Assembly (NCBI GenBank): GCA_002104945.1
Contig: MCFH01000003.1
Location: forward strand, 372,001-436,000
Source of the DNA: Piromyces finnis finn
Lineage: Eukaryota; Fungi; Neocallimastigomycota
Length of the DNA stretch: 64,000 bases
Direction: 5' to 3'
How positions within the stretch are numbered: the stretch's first letter is position 1; the number at the start of each line of letters is the position of its first letter. The position numbers and the translations under genes are program-made. Below are positions 48,075-58,752 of this stretch, one piece after another. The notes beneath the pieces were generated by a model. The model saw nothing but the letters and a program-made list of their open reading frames with translations, was not told the DNA's origin and did no database searches.

Positions 48075-50231
48075 TCTTGTAAAATAACTTTTTTTCTTAA
48101 ATTAAATATATTTATATTATTGATTTTAATTTTATTATAGTATATCAACTTTTTATTTCTTATTTATTGATATATTCCAATATTAATATTATTATTTTTT
48201 TAAAAAAAAAGAAAAAATAAAAATATCAATAATGAAAAATGTTATAACATATATTCTTTCTTTATAATATTTTATTGATTTATAATATTTAATAAAATTT
48301 ATTAAATAAAGAAAATGTAATTACAATAAAACTTTTGAAATTTCGATTGTTTAATAAATATTGTTAAAATAAGAATAATAATAAAAAAAATTGTAAGACG
48401 TAATAATAAAGTAATAATATAAAGAAAAAAATATCGAATTTGTTAATTTTTAAGAATTTTTTATTCAAATTCTTTTTTTTTTTTTTTTTTTTTATTTATT
48501 TATTTATTTATTTATTTTCTAAACTTTTATATAAAAGTATTTTAAATCTCTATTTTCAATTATAAAAATCTTATAATGATAAAACTAGATTATTAATATA
48601 TATTTATATACAGAAGTCAGATAATTGTATATATAGTTATTTTTATTTAATACATTATTTACTTTTTTTTATTATTATTACAAAAATATAAAAAAAAAAT
48701 TGTTAAATTATTCTTATTAATTGGATATATAATAATGATTATTACTGTTTTAATAATAATGAAAAAAAAAAAAAAACAATAATTAATGTTATTAAATATC
48801 TATTAAAAAAAACAACTCTTTTAAATAATAATAATAAAAATAAATAATTCTAATACTTTTTTACAATTATTTTTTTTATTCTTTTTCGAATTTTTTGTTT
48901 TGTTGTTTGTTTTATTGATAATTTCTCTTTGTTTATCTTATTCTACAAATGTTTAATTTTTTTTTTTTTTTTTAATTAAATGACAATATAAATAATATTT
49001 TTATTTATAAATGTTATCTATATATTTTTTAATTATTTAAACCTTTTGTTTTTTTTTTACTTTTACTTTTCTTATTTATTGTTTTATTTCTTTTTAATAA
49101 AAAAATTACTGATAAAAAGTATTTTAATATTTTATTGCAAAGAAGAATTTTGATTTTAATTTATCTTTTCTTTTTTTTATAAAGTTTTAATTTTATTATT
49201 ATTTAGGGTTTATGATGCTGATTTAATTAATAATTAATTGAAAATGTAGTACAAATTAACTTTATTATTTGTTAAATTTTATTATTTTGTGGCGTATTTT
49301 AATAATTGTATAAATGTAGTACAAATTAAATATAAAAATGTTGTAAAAATTATTATATTAGAGGTTCATTATAATTAATAAACCATTCAATCTTTTTTTT
49401 TTTTAAGACAAATTCTTATATTATTTTGGAATTTATATCAGAATTTCTTCTTTTACTTTATTCTTAGCAACATTTATATATTGTTAATTAATCATTATGT
49501 TAAATTTACAAACAAAAATAAACTATCTCATTTAAAAGTAATTTTGTGAAATTAACCTCTACTTATTATTTGTTTTATATTAATTCTATTTCAATTTTAT
49601 GTTCAGTTTTTTACTTTTTTCTTAATTGTTATCATTATTTTATACATCTTAATTTTTGTAATAGTTATGTTAATAAAAATATTTTAAAAATATTATATAA
49701 ATATAAATAATTGTTTACATTATTTAAAAAATATATTCTCTTAAAATATATATATCAATTCGTAGGAATTCTACTGGTTATTTATAATAACTATTCATAT
49801 ATTTATTTCAAAATTCTAAATTATCCATTATCATTTTTAGTTATCATATTCATAAAAAACAAAATGAAAAATTTCAATATCTATTATAATAAATGATATC
49901 TCTAGTTTCTTTAGAATTAATAACTCTATTTAATTTTTATTGAAGTTTAGAAAAAAAAAACTGTATATTTATTATTTTAACTCTATAAAATAATAAATAT
50001 TTGACATAAAAAATTTTTTATTAATATACTATTTTTATAAATATATTAATAATATATTTTATTATTAACAATATTTATAGAATATATAAACTTTTACTTT
50101 CTTATTTTTTAATAAAAATAAGTTTATTCTTTTAATTTGATTATTAATATAATTAGAATTAAATTATATCAAATAGTTAGAATATAAAAAAATTATTTTA
50201 TTAATATTTAATTTTATATATTATTTTTTAT

Positions 50232-51185
50232 TTATTTTATCCAGCTTTTGATTTTATCAGAAATGGTTTTTTTATGCTCAAAGAATAGGCAATGATTGCC
50301 ATTTAATACAACAGTTTCACTACCTGGATTAGCATTTTTCATTTCTTGATGTAAACTTAAAAAGTCTTCAAAATTATCCCTAATTGAACCAAGAAATAGA
50401 ACGGTTGGAATAGAATCAGGAAAAGATAAATCCGATACAGAATTTACTTTCTTTTCAGAACCAAAGTATTCATATACAACATTATTATTACAAAATCTAT
50501 AATTTAAAATAATTTCCAGAGCTTCCATATCTTCTTCAGAATACTAATAATTTGGATCTAATTGTGGTTGAATTATACTTTGTTGTTTATAGCTTTTAGG
50601 TAATAATACCATTAATCCTAATTTATTAGCAATCATTCCAATGCCTCTCTCTAGCTTTTCTTTTATATCATCTATTAGTGATATATTAGCAGTAAAATCT
50701 CTTGGGGTTGTATCTAACCCAATATATCCTAAAACTTCTTCTGAATATTCATTAGAATATGCTAAAGAATAAATACCTCCAAAGGAATGTGCCATTAAAT
50801 AATATTTTTTAACTCCTAATTTTTGTACACAAGTATGATATTCAGAAATAATATTTTTTACATTTCTTTCATCTTTTGTGAGATCTGAAAGACCATATCC
50901 AAATGGTTCAATAATGATTATTCTGTATTTATCAGCAAGAGATTCAGCTAAAAGTTTGTATGTAATGACTGGAGATATTATACCTAAACCAGTTAAAAAA
51001 ACAATGTTGGTTTCATTTCCTTCACCAAAAATACCAACATTCATTTTTAAACCATTGACATCCACTTTAACACCATAATCAAGAGCTTCAAATTTTTATT
51101 TGGTATTGTTGATATTAAATGCATTTATACCACTTACACCAGCTAATAAAGCAATAATATAACCAAAAATACTAAAAATTAACAT
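50232..51185 (-). pseudogene. Intronless, secreted, bacterial-type alpha/beta hydrolase with two in-frame nonsense codons
   Basis: One frame of 318 codons from ATG 51185 with a signal peptide; internal TAA at 51098-51096 and TAG at 50546-50544. Motifs IVFLTGLG, IEPFGYGLSD, nucleophile elbow AHSFGG and C-terminal His (NGNH). Confidence 0.85.
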
Positions 51186-52292
51186 TTTTTTTTTATAATT
51201 ATATTATTTTAATATAGTATTCTTTATTTTTTATAAGATACTAAATATACTTATTTATTTTTATTTAAATATATTAATAAAGATATTTCCTTTTTTTTTT
51301 TTTTTTTTTTTTTTTGTTTATTTCTTTTTGGTACTTTTTTCTCTTATTATATTTTTGAATTGAATTATACAAAAATTAATAAATATATAAATAAATAAAT
51401 AAATATATAAATAAATAAATATATAAATAAATAAATAGATTAAAATATATACTAATATATATTAATATATATTAATTTATATAATCTATGCTTCCATACC
51501 TTAAATATTATAAAAATAAAATTATTAATTAAAAATTATTTAAATTATATTTAATATATGATTATAATAAACCTTATCTAATAATAAAAATTTATTATAA
51601 TTTTTATCATAATAAATTTTTATTATTAAATAAGGTTTATTTAGCTTATATAGAATATTCTATGTGTTCTATTTTATGGAAAATATGTATTTTTTTGTAT
51701 AAAATTTCTTTATTCTAAAATTAAATAGAAAAATCGATTAATTTTAATAATGTTATATTTATCTATTTAAAAATTTTTTTTCCTTTTTTTTTTTATTTTA
51801 TAAGTAAATATTTATAAACATTTATTATAATAATAAATTATATTAAATACATTAGAAAATATAATAAAATTATAAATTTAATAATAAAAAGCTTAAAAAA
51901 TATAAATAGAAATAATATATTTTTCATGAATAGTTTTCAAGTAAGATTTGATATAAACTTCTCACGTCATGGTTTAAAAAATATGAATATTTTGAAGAAT
52001 ATTATAGCAAGGATACTATTATATATGAACCGTCATTACCATTTTCCTAAAAATATAAAAATAATGATTTAAATACACAAAAAATTTACATTTGAGTGAC
52101 AAATAAATGATATATATAATTTATACAACAAGGAGCAACAAGAAGAAAAAGAAATTGAAGTTGTTTGGAGTTTCTTTTTTAAGATACTAAAGATTTATTT
52201 AATCATTTCCTTTGAATCATATATCTTAACTAAGAAAAAATAATCATTATAAATTCTAGTTGTGAATAAATATTAATAAATTCGAATATTGT

Positions 52293-53039
52293 ACTGTTGG
52301 AATTACGTTGACTGAAAAAATTTAATAGCTGGACTATGGAATCATAATGTTTAATACGGATATCTCTAAATGTTGGACAAACTAATAACCAATGTTTAAT
52401 ACTTTGAACACCACACTTGCAACATTGACAGTAGTTACGACAAACTAGATCAACAAATTTAGCAACTTTGGCAATTCTAGCATCCAACTTGTATCCGCTT
52501 CTTTCTTTCAATAGCCAGTAGAAGCCATAGGCAAACTCAGGGTATTCATAACATAATTTAATAAAATCTTAAGTTTCAATAAATTTATTATCATCATAAT
52601 ATTGCGCTTTTATTGAATTCCCTTTGAGATCTTTCCAATAAAAGTTTTTAACTGCTTTAACATCTCCATGTTTCTTTAGTTTTTTATCAAGTGTCCTACT
52701 TGATTTGCACCACGTGTATTTTCTAAATTTAGGAATGTAATTGACAAGGTGTGAGATAATACAATTTGAGTTTTTCCATTTGTTAGGCACGTTCCCAAGG
52801 AGATCCAATCAGGGAAGTGTTGTGATATATAAGATTTGATTTTAATAGCTGACATATTGAAGTCTCCTATAAGGATAGCTGAGTGGTTGAATTTGTTATG
52901 TGTTGTTAACCACTTATCAAGTTCATCAAAGGAAATTAATCTAGCATCCGGCCATCTAGTATACGGAAATAAACTGACTCCAAGATTTTTGTACTCTTTA
53001 AATATATCATTAATAAAGAAATTAAATAGAATAGGTGAA

Positions 53040-53041
<2 letters not shown>
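52293..53041 (-). mobile_element. Mosaic LINE relic D: RT C-terminal piece, 15-bp leader motif, endonuclease piece of another family, RT-core piece
   Basis: 52293-52785 closely matches copies A/B; 52785-52799 equals 58687-58701; 52801-52970 encodes WLTTHN...AILIGDFNMS (divergent EN); 52971-53041 encodes LSPILFNFFINDIF. Confidence 0.85.
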
Positions 53042-53081
<40 letters not shown>

Positions 53082-53254
53082 GGCATCAAATATTTTAAAC
53101 TTCATTATTAATTTAATTAAAATTATAATACATGTAATAAAAAATTAAAAATAAATAAAAATAAAAAAAATATGTTTAAATAAACACAAATGAATAAAAT
53201 TTGGGTATAATGTATTCTAGTAATTTTAATTAAAGTAAGAAAGCCACTATCATA

Positions 53255-56200
53255 CTAAAGTATAATAATTGTATTTGACTTCCAATGGGACACCGAGCCA
53301 AAGATCAAAATTTTATCATGGGAAAAATTATGATCTCCATTGGTTGCGCTGGCCCTCCTGGCCTGTCTTACTGTTTCTTCAGCATTGACGCTCTTGGATG
53401 TTGCTTCAAACCTTTTGAACATTGACCATTGCTGGCCAATAGCAAAAGGCATGATTTTGGTTAGAAGTTCCGCGGTTACCGTCAAGAATGGTGTTCCTTC
53501 ATTAGTACCAGATTGAATCTGACGCTTACAAAGTTCTTTCCATTCCCTTGAATTGTAATTAATATTGTTAAAACTTCTTCCCCCAAGAAGGAATTTAAAT
53601 ATTTCACTGCACACACTAGAATAATCATACACATTAATATTCACCGGATTATTAGAACTATTACTATCATCAACTAAATTACTATCTAAATTAGAATTAT
53701 TATCATCACTATTGCTATCATTACTAATATTATTATTTCTATTACTACTATTGTTATTATTACTATTGTTATTATTAATATTATTACTATTACTATTACT
53801 GTTATTGCTATCTCTGCTGATATTAACATTTTCATTATTATTGATAGGACTATTGGAATTACGTTGACTGAAAGAATTTAATAGATGGACTATAGAATCA
53901 TAATGTTTAATACGGATATCTCTAAATGTTGGACAATCTAATAACCAATGTTTAATACTTTGATCTCCACACTTGCAACATGGACAGTAGTTAGGACAAA
54001 CTGGATCAACAAATTTAGCAGATTTGGCAACTCTAGCATCCAACTTGTATCCGCTTCTTGCTTTCAATAGCCAGTAGAAGCCATAGGCAAACTCTGGGTA
54101 CTCATAACATAATTTAATAAAATCTTTAGTTTCACTAAATTTATTATCATCATAATATTGCGCTTTGATTGAATTCCCTTTGAGATCTTTCCAATAAAAG
54201 TTTTTAACTGCTTTAACATCTCCATGTTTCTTTAGTTTTTTATCAAGTGTCCTACTTGATTTGCACCACGTGTATTTTCTAAATTTAGGAATGTAATTGA
54301 CAAGGTGTGAGATAATACAATTTGAGTTTTTCCATTTGTTAAAACATCTAACCTGAGCTAACGCACATTTGGCTGACAATGGAGGAATATTCAAATCTTT
54401 TGAAATAGAGTATAAAGATATAAACGATACAGCTTTATGAACTCCGGCAACCCATCGTATTCCTTTGTTAACATGCTTCTGAGCAATCCTAGACCTAGCT
54501 TTGTTGGATCCAAGTAATGGTGCAAAGTATGAAACTCTGCTAATCACTTGTGAGTTAAGTACTAGTTTTTTGAAGGGAATAGGAATATTAGGATTTCTTA
54601 AGAATTTACTGACTGAGAAAAGTCCTTTCAAAACCTTGTTATTAAGAGCTTTAATTACTGGTTTAAGGGACAGATTCTTATCAAATGGAACACCAAGATA
54701 AGTATAACAATCAGTAGTTGGAATGGGTTGTCCTGCTAAGTAAAATGTTGGATCTCTCTTGTTCTGATTTTCTATTGATTCAGGACGAATCACCATCGTT
54801 GAACACTTCTGGATACCAAATTCCATTTCATTATACAAGGCCCATTCATTAACTCTTCTAAGCATCTTTTTTAAGCATCCTCTTGTTGGAGCACAAATAA
54901 CTATATCATCTGCAAAAAGTCCACCACAACATCGAGTGTCACCTAAACTGACTCCGAGATCTTCACACTCTTTAAATATATCATTAATAAAGAGATTAAA
55001 GAGAATAGGAGAAAGAGGGCATCCTTGACGGACTCCTTTCTTCACATCAAAAGATTTCGAGAATTGTCCATCTAATTTGACATTAGCCTTAGATGTTAAA
55101 TATAAATTTTTGATAAATTGTAGACTCTTACCTCGGATTCCTAAACAATCTAATTTATGGAGAATATTACCGATTGGGACTGAATCGTATGCTTTCCTGA
55201 GATCTAAAAAGGCCAAATATGTCTCTTTATTATCTAATTGACGTCTACGGCATATTTCTTGGATTGAAATGAAAAGACTGATACTTTCTTCCTTTTTTCG
55301 AAAACCAAATTGTTCAGGTCTAATGAAATTATTCTTTAGACCATATTCTGAGATTCTAGTGGTGACAATTTTGGAAATCAACTTAATACCATTATTGATA
55401 AGTGATATACCTCGATAGTTATCACAATCTGTCAAATCTCCCTTCTTAGGAATAGAAACAATACTGGATTCATTCCATGAGTTGGGGAAGTCTCCATCCC
55501 AAATACGGTTGAATAATTTAAGAATAAAATTTAAACCATAAGCATCATTATCTGAAGTGGTATTACCGGAAGAATTATTATCTGTAGCATTATTAGAATC
55601 ATTACTTGATGGAATTAATGCTTTGTAAAATTCAATTGGAATACCATCCGGACCTGATGCTTTATAATTCGGAGTAGAGAGGATAGCTGACTTGACTTCA
55701 TCAATACTAATATCTTGGTTGATATCCCATTCATCAAGCATAGGGAGTGAAAAACGTTTATTCGTTGGTTCTTCATACCAATGCTCCAAATCAAGACTTA
55801 CACCACTTGGATCTGATGCAAGCTTTTCGAAATGATCATGCCACACATCTAGTTGTTCTTCCGTAGCAACAACTAATACTCCATTTTTGTTTTTAATTGG
55901 TTGAGCAATAAAGAAAGAATCTTTTCCAATTTTTGCAGTTTTCTTGATCCATTTCCAGGCCTTCTTAGGATTATGACTTTTCATATACTCACATCCTGTT
56001 TTAATCCAATGAAGATATTCTTGTTTCCTAAATTCATTACATCTTTTGTGGATGTAATCAATGAGCTTACGGTAGATTTTAATTCTTTTAATAAATTCAT
56101 CTATATCATAAATTCTTTCTTTTTTAAATCTCTTATACAACTTCATTTTGATTTTTTGGAGATTAAAAATTTGTTGTGAAATATGAAATGAAGACTTTAT

Positions 56201-57814
56201 AACATTATTTGCTGAGGTAATACTGAGCTCGTCTGCAATTGAAAAAGCAGTTGAAGTAAATTCTTTGGAAAGTTCATCTGTAGAAACATTAGGATCGTTG
56301 AATTTTGCTGAAAGTATTTGGAATTTATTATGACTGAGAATAGATTCCTTTTCCTCAATACATTTTAATCTATTCCATTTCAGAATTTTCTTAGGAACAT
56401 TAAAGTCATTAGAAAAATCATCCATAGGAATAATTTTACCATTAATAAGAAGTGGCTTATGGTCTGATACAGGATAAAAATTATTTATAAATGATGCTGA
56501 GTGAATAAGATCTTTCATCTTCGAATTGATAAGAGCATGGTCAATGTCGGAAGATTGTTCACCTCGAGTCCAAGAGATAGTAGACCCTCTAAGCGGAAGA
56601 ATCTCCCAATCTCCTAATCCATTAGTTGATAACCAGTTGGATAATTTTACTTTAGACATATTAAAATCACCAACAAGAATCGATGGATGGGATGAATGAG
56701 TTTGTAACCACAAGCGAACTTCTAACTTTGCATGATCAACATAGATGTTGTGATGACTATGAGGCATATAAACATTTCCAATCGAGCATTTGAATCTATT
56801 CCAGAGACTAAAAGTATAAATAGAAATAATATACTTTCCAGAGAAGTTTTCAAGTGAGGCTTGACACGAATTGTGAAAACCTAAATATAAACCTCTCATT
56901 CCCGGAACTGATTCGTCAGCTTTCTTGAAAAAGTGTCTATAGTTTCGCAAAGTAACACGACAAGGATAATCTGTATTCGAACCAGAACCATTACCAGTTT
57001 CTTGGAAACATAAGAATAATGGTTTGAAAATAGCTGTGAAATAGCTAATACTATCTCTCTTTTCGTGATTCCACCCATTGGTGTTCCAACTAAGACAAAA
57101 AGAAAAGTTATCAGGCTTGTTGGATGAGGAAGAATCGTTGCTATTATTATTATTATTAAAGTCATCGTTATTAATGGATGATGCATCAGAGGAATAAGTA
57201 GAACTATTACTAGATGGCTGTGAAACTGAAGAACTATCAACTATTGAACTGTTATCAGAGTTGATAGAGCTATTAGAATTAATTGTTGAATGTTGAGATT
57301 GAAATTGTGTTTGCTGTAGATCTGGAATATTTTCATGATGGGAAACTTGTTGAAGATCTTGTTGAAGATCTTGTTGAAGATCGGATTGTTGATGAGATTG
57401 TTGAACTGATTGTTGAAATGATTGTTGAATAGAATGTTGATGTTTATTAGAAACTAAAATTTTACGTTTGAGAGTGGAAAAAGTGTATTTGTGATTCCTT
57501 CTACTACGAGCTGAAAAGGAAATTGAGGTAACTGAAAGTTTCTTCTTTAACATGTGTAAGATTTTAATACAATCTTTCGATGAACCATGAACCTTGACTA
57601 AGAAAAAGTGATCATTGAAAGTCTGAAAATATTTAACACTAATAACTGAATTAAATTTATCTTCTAGAATAACCTCGAGTTTTTCCCATAGCATATTTAC
57701 TGACCATGATCGAATACCACGGATAAAGAAGGAGCGAATATCATCTAAGGGGATACCATAAGACCGGGTACCACGTCTGATATAATTCTTGTCTTTAATA
57801 TAAAGGACTGACAT
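53255..57814 (-). CDS. LINE polyprotein, 1519 aa: RRM-like N-terminus, Gln/Ser linker, APE endonuclease, reverse transcriptase, CCHC knuckle, Asn-rich tail
   Basis: EN motifs SWNTNG, LCFQET, ILVGDFN, SDIDH, SDHKPL; RT motifs YRGISL, QFGFR, FLDLRKAYDSV, GVRQGCPLSPILF, FADD, YLG; knuckle CPCCKCGDQSIKHWLLDC. The RRM-like call is by pattern only. Confidence 0.95.
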   Translation of the reverse strand: MSVLYIKDKNYIRRGTRSYGIPLDDIRSFFIRGIRSWSVNMLWEKLEVILEDKFNSVISVKYFQTFNDHFFLVKVHGSSKDCIKILHMLKKKLSVTSISFSARSRRNHKYTFSTLKRKILVSNKHQHSIQQSFQQSVQQSHQQSDLQQDLQQDLQQVSHHENIPDLQQTQFQSQHSTINSNSSINSDNSSIVDSSSVSQPSSNSSTYSSDASSINNDDFNNNNNSNDSSSSNKPDNFSFCLSWNTNGWNHEKRDSISYFTAIFKPLFLCFQETGNGSGSNTDYPCRVTLRNYRHFFKKADESVPGMRGLYLGFHNSCQASLENFSGKYIISIYTFSLWNRFKCSIGNVYMPHSHHNIYVDHAKLEVRLWLQTHSSHPSILVGDFNMSKVKLSNWLSTNGLGDWEILPLRGSTISWTRGEQSSDIDHALINSKMKDLIHSASFINNFYPVSDHKPLLINGKIIPMDDFSNDFNVPKKILKWNRLKCIEEKESILSHNKFQILSAKFNDPNVSTDELSKEFTSTAFSIADELSITSANNVIKSSFHISQQIFNLQKIKMKLYKRFKKERIYDIDEFIKRIKIYRKLIDYIHKRCNEFRKQEYLHWIKTGCEYMKSHNPKKAWKWIKKTAKIGKDSFFIAQPIKNKNGVLVVATEEQLDVWHDHFEKLASDPSGVSLDLEHWYEEPTNKRFSLPMLDEWDINQDISIDEVKSAILSTPNYKASGPDGIPIEFYKALIPSSNDSNNATDNNSSGNTTSDNDAYGLNFILKLFNRIWDGDFPNSWNESSIVSIPKKGDLTDCDNYRGISLINNGIKLISKIVTTRISEYGLKNNFIRPEQFGFRKKEESISLFISIQEICRRRQLDNKETYLAFLDLRKAYDSVPIGNILHKLDCLGIRGKSLQFIKNLYLTSKANVKLDGQFSKSFDVKKGVRQGCPLSPILFNLFINDIFKECEDLGVSLGDTRCCGGLFADDIVICAPTRGCLKKMLRRVNEWALYNEMEFGIQKCSTMVIRPESIENQNKRDPTFYLAGQPIPTTDCYTYLGVPFDKNLSLKPVIKALNNKVLKGLFSVSKFLRNPNIPIPFKKLVLNSQVISRVSYFAPLLGSNKARSRIAQKHVNKGIRWVAGVHKAVSFISLYSISKDLNIPPLSAKCALAQVRCFNKWKNSNCIISHLVNYIPKFRKYTWCKSSRTLDKKLKKHGDVKAVKNFYWKDLKGNSIKAQYYDDNKFSETKDFIKLCYEYPEFAYGFYWLLKARSGYKLDARVAKSAKFVDPVCPNYCPCCKCGDQSIKHWLLDCPTFRDIRIKHYDSIVHLLNSFSQRNSNSPINNNENVNISRDSNNSNSNSNNINNNNSNNNNSSNRNNNISNDSNSDDNNSNLDSNLVDDSNSSNNPVNINVYDYSSVCSEIFKFLLGGRSFNNINYNSREWKELCKRQIQSGTNEGTPFLTVTAELLTKIMPFAIGQQWSMFKRFEATSKSVNAEETVRQARRASATNGDHNFSHDKILIFGSVSHWKSNTIIIL

Positions 57815-58458
57815 GATAATAAATTCTAATTAAAAATATTGAATATAAAATAAATACTAATAAAAATTATAAATATAACGTATATGGAAAAAAAATCTGT
57901 CTCTCTCTCTCTTCTTAAAAGTACTGGATAGTACAAAAATTGTTACGATGCTTTGTTTAAAGTTTCTTTTTTTTGAATTCTAGTTGTAAATTTTCTTTAA
58001 AAATTCTAGTTTTGGTTTGTTGTTAGTAAATTCGAATCGCTTTTTGACACTAAAATTGTTTGACTTTACTTTTCATTAAATATTTAAATTGGTAAAAAAT
58101 TTGAATCAAGAATGTCGACACCAGAAAGCTTGTGAATAGTATTTTTACATGATGTAGAGTGAATCAGTCTCTTACAAGAAACAATACAACAATAGCTACA
58201 TGAATATAAAAATACAATGCAAATGCTAAAGTTGACTACATTGGATTCTTACAAGAGAAGAGTAGTACTACATGAATACATGAATAAAAGAAAAAATACA
58301 GCAACAAAATGTATTACTCTTCTAATTAAATACTATACAAACTTACCTGAATATCAAACATTCAACTTATTCATCAAATACTTAATTCGATGAATAAAAT
58401 GTTTTTTAATCGCTCAGTACCATGAGCTTAGTCCTAATAAATTTCCCTTAAAGACTAA

Positions 58459-58705
58459 CCAAGCATCCATTGCGCAATGCTTGGATTTAATTCTTCCTAC
58501 TCTCTCAGTACCATGAGCATGAGTAGACCCCCTTGAGAAACTACATTTATTAAATAAAATGAAGGCACGTTTCCAAGAGGGCACCAAGCATCCATTGCGC
58601 AATACTTGGATTTAATTCTTTCTACTCTCTCAGTACCATGAGCATGAGTAGACCCCCTTGAGAAACTACATTTATTAAATAAATGAAGGCACGTTCCCAA
58701 GAGGG
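58459..58705. repeat. Two tandem ~125-bp structured monomers at the 5' end of LINE copy A
   Basis: 58459-58583 and 58584-58705 differ by a few substitutions and one 1-bp indel; a 15-bp piece (ctcagtaccatgagc) recurs at 58413-58427. Confidence 0.95.
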
Positions 58706-58719
58706 AGTTCATCAATACT

Positions 58720-58721
<2 letters not shown>

Positions 58722-58752
<31 letters not shown>

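Larger units (their letters stand above)
53042..58705 (-). mobile_element. Non-LTR retrotransposon copy A, apparently full length
   Basis: T37 at 53042-53078, AT-rich 3' UTR, one uninterrupted ORF, and a leader of about 900 bp ending in two ~125-bp monomers. The exact 5' end is uncertain (58705-58721). Confidence 0.95.

Noticed and set aside
50544-51098. Stop-codon reassignment or readthrough in the hydrolase
   Set aside because: Intact neighbouring genes end normally in TAA, and the two stops are different codons; decay is simpler.
58459-58705. CRISPR-like array (also the 51-bp and 39-bp repeats)
   Set aside because: No unique spacers, no cas genes, eukaryotic context.
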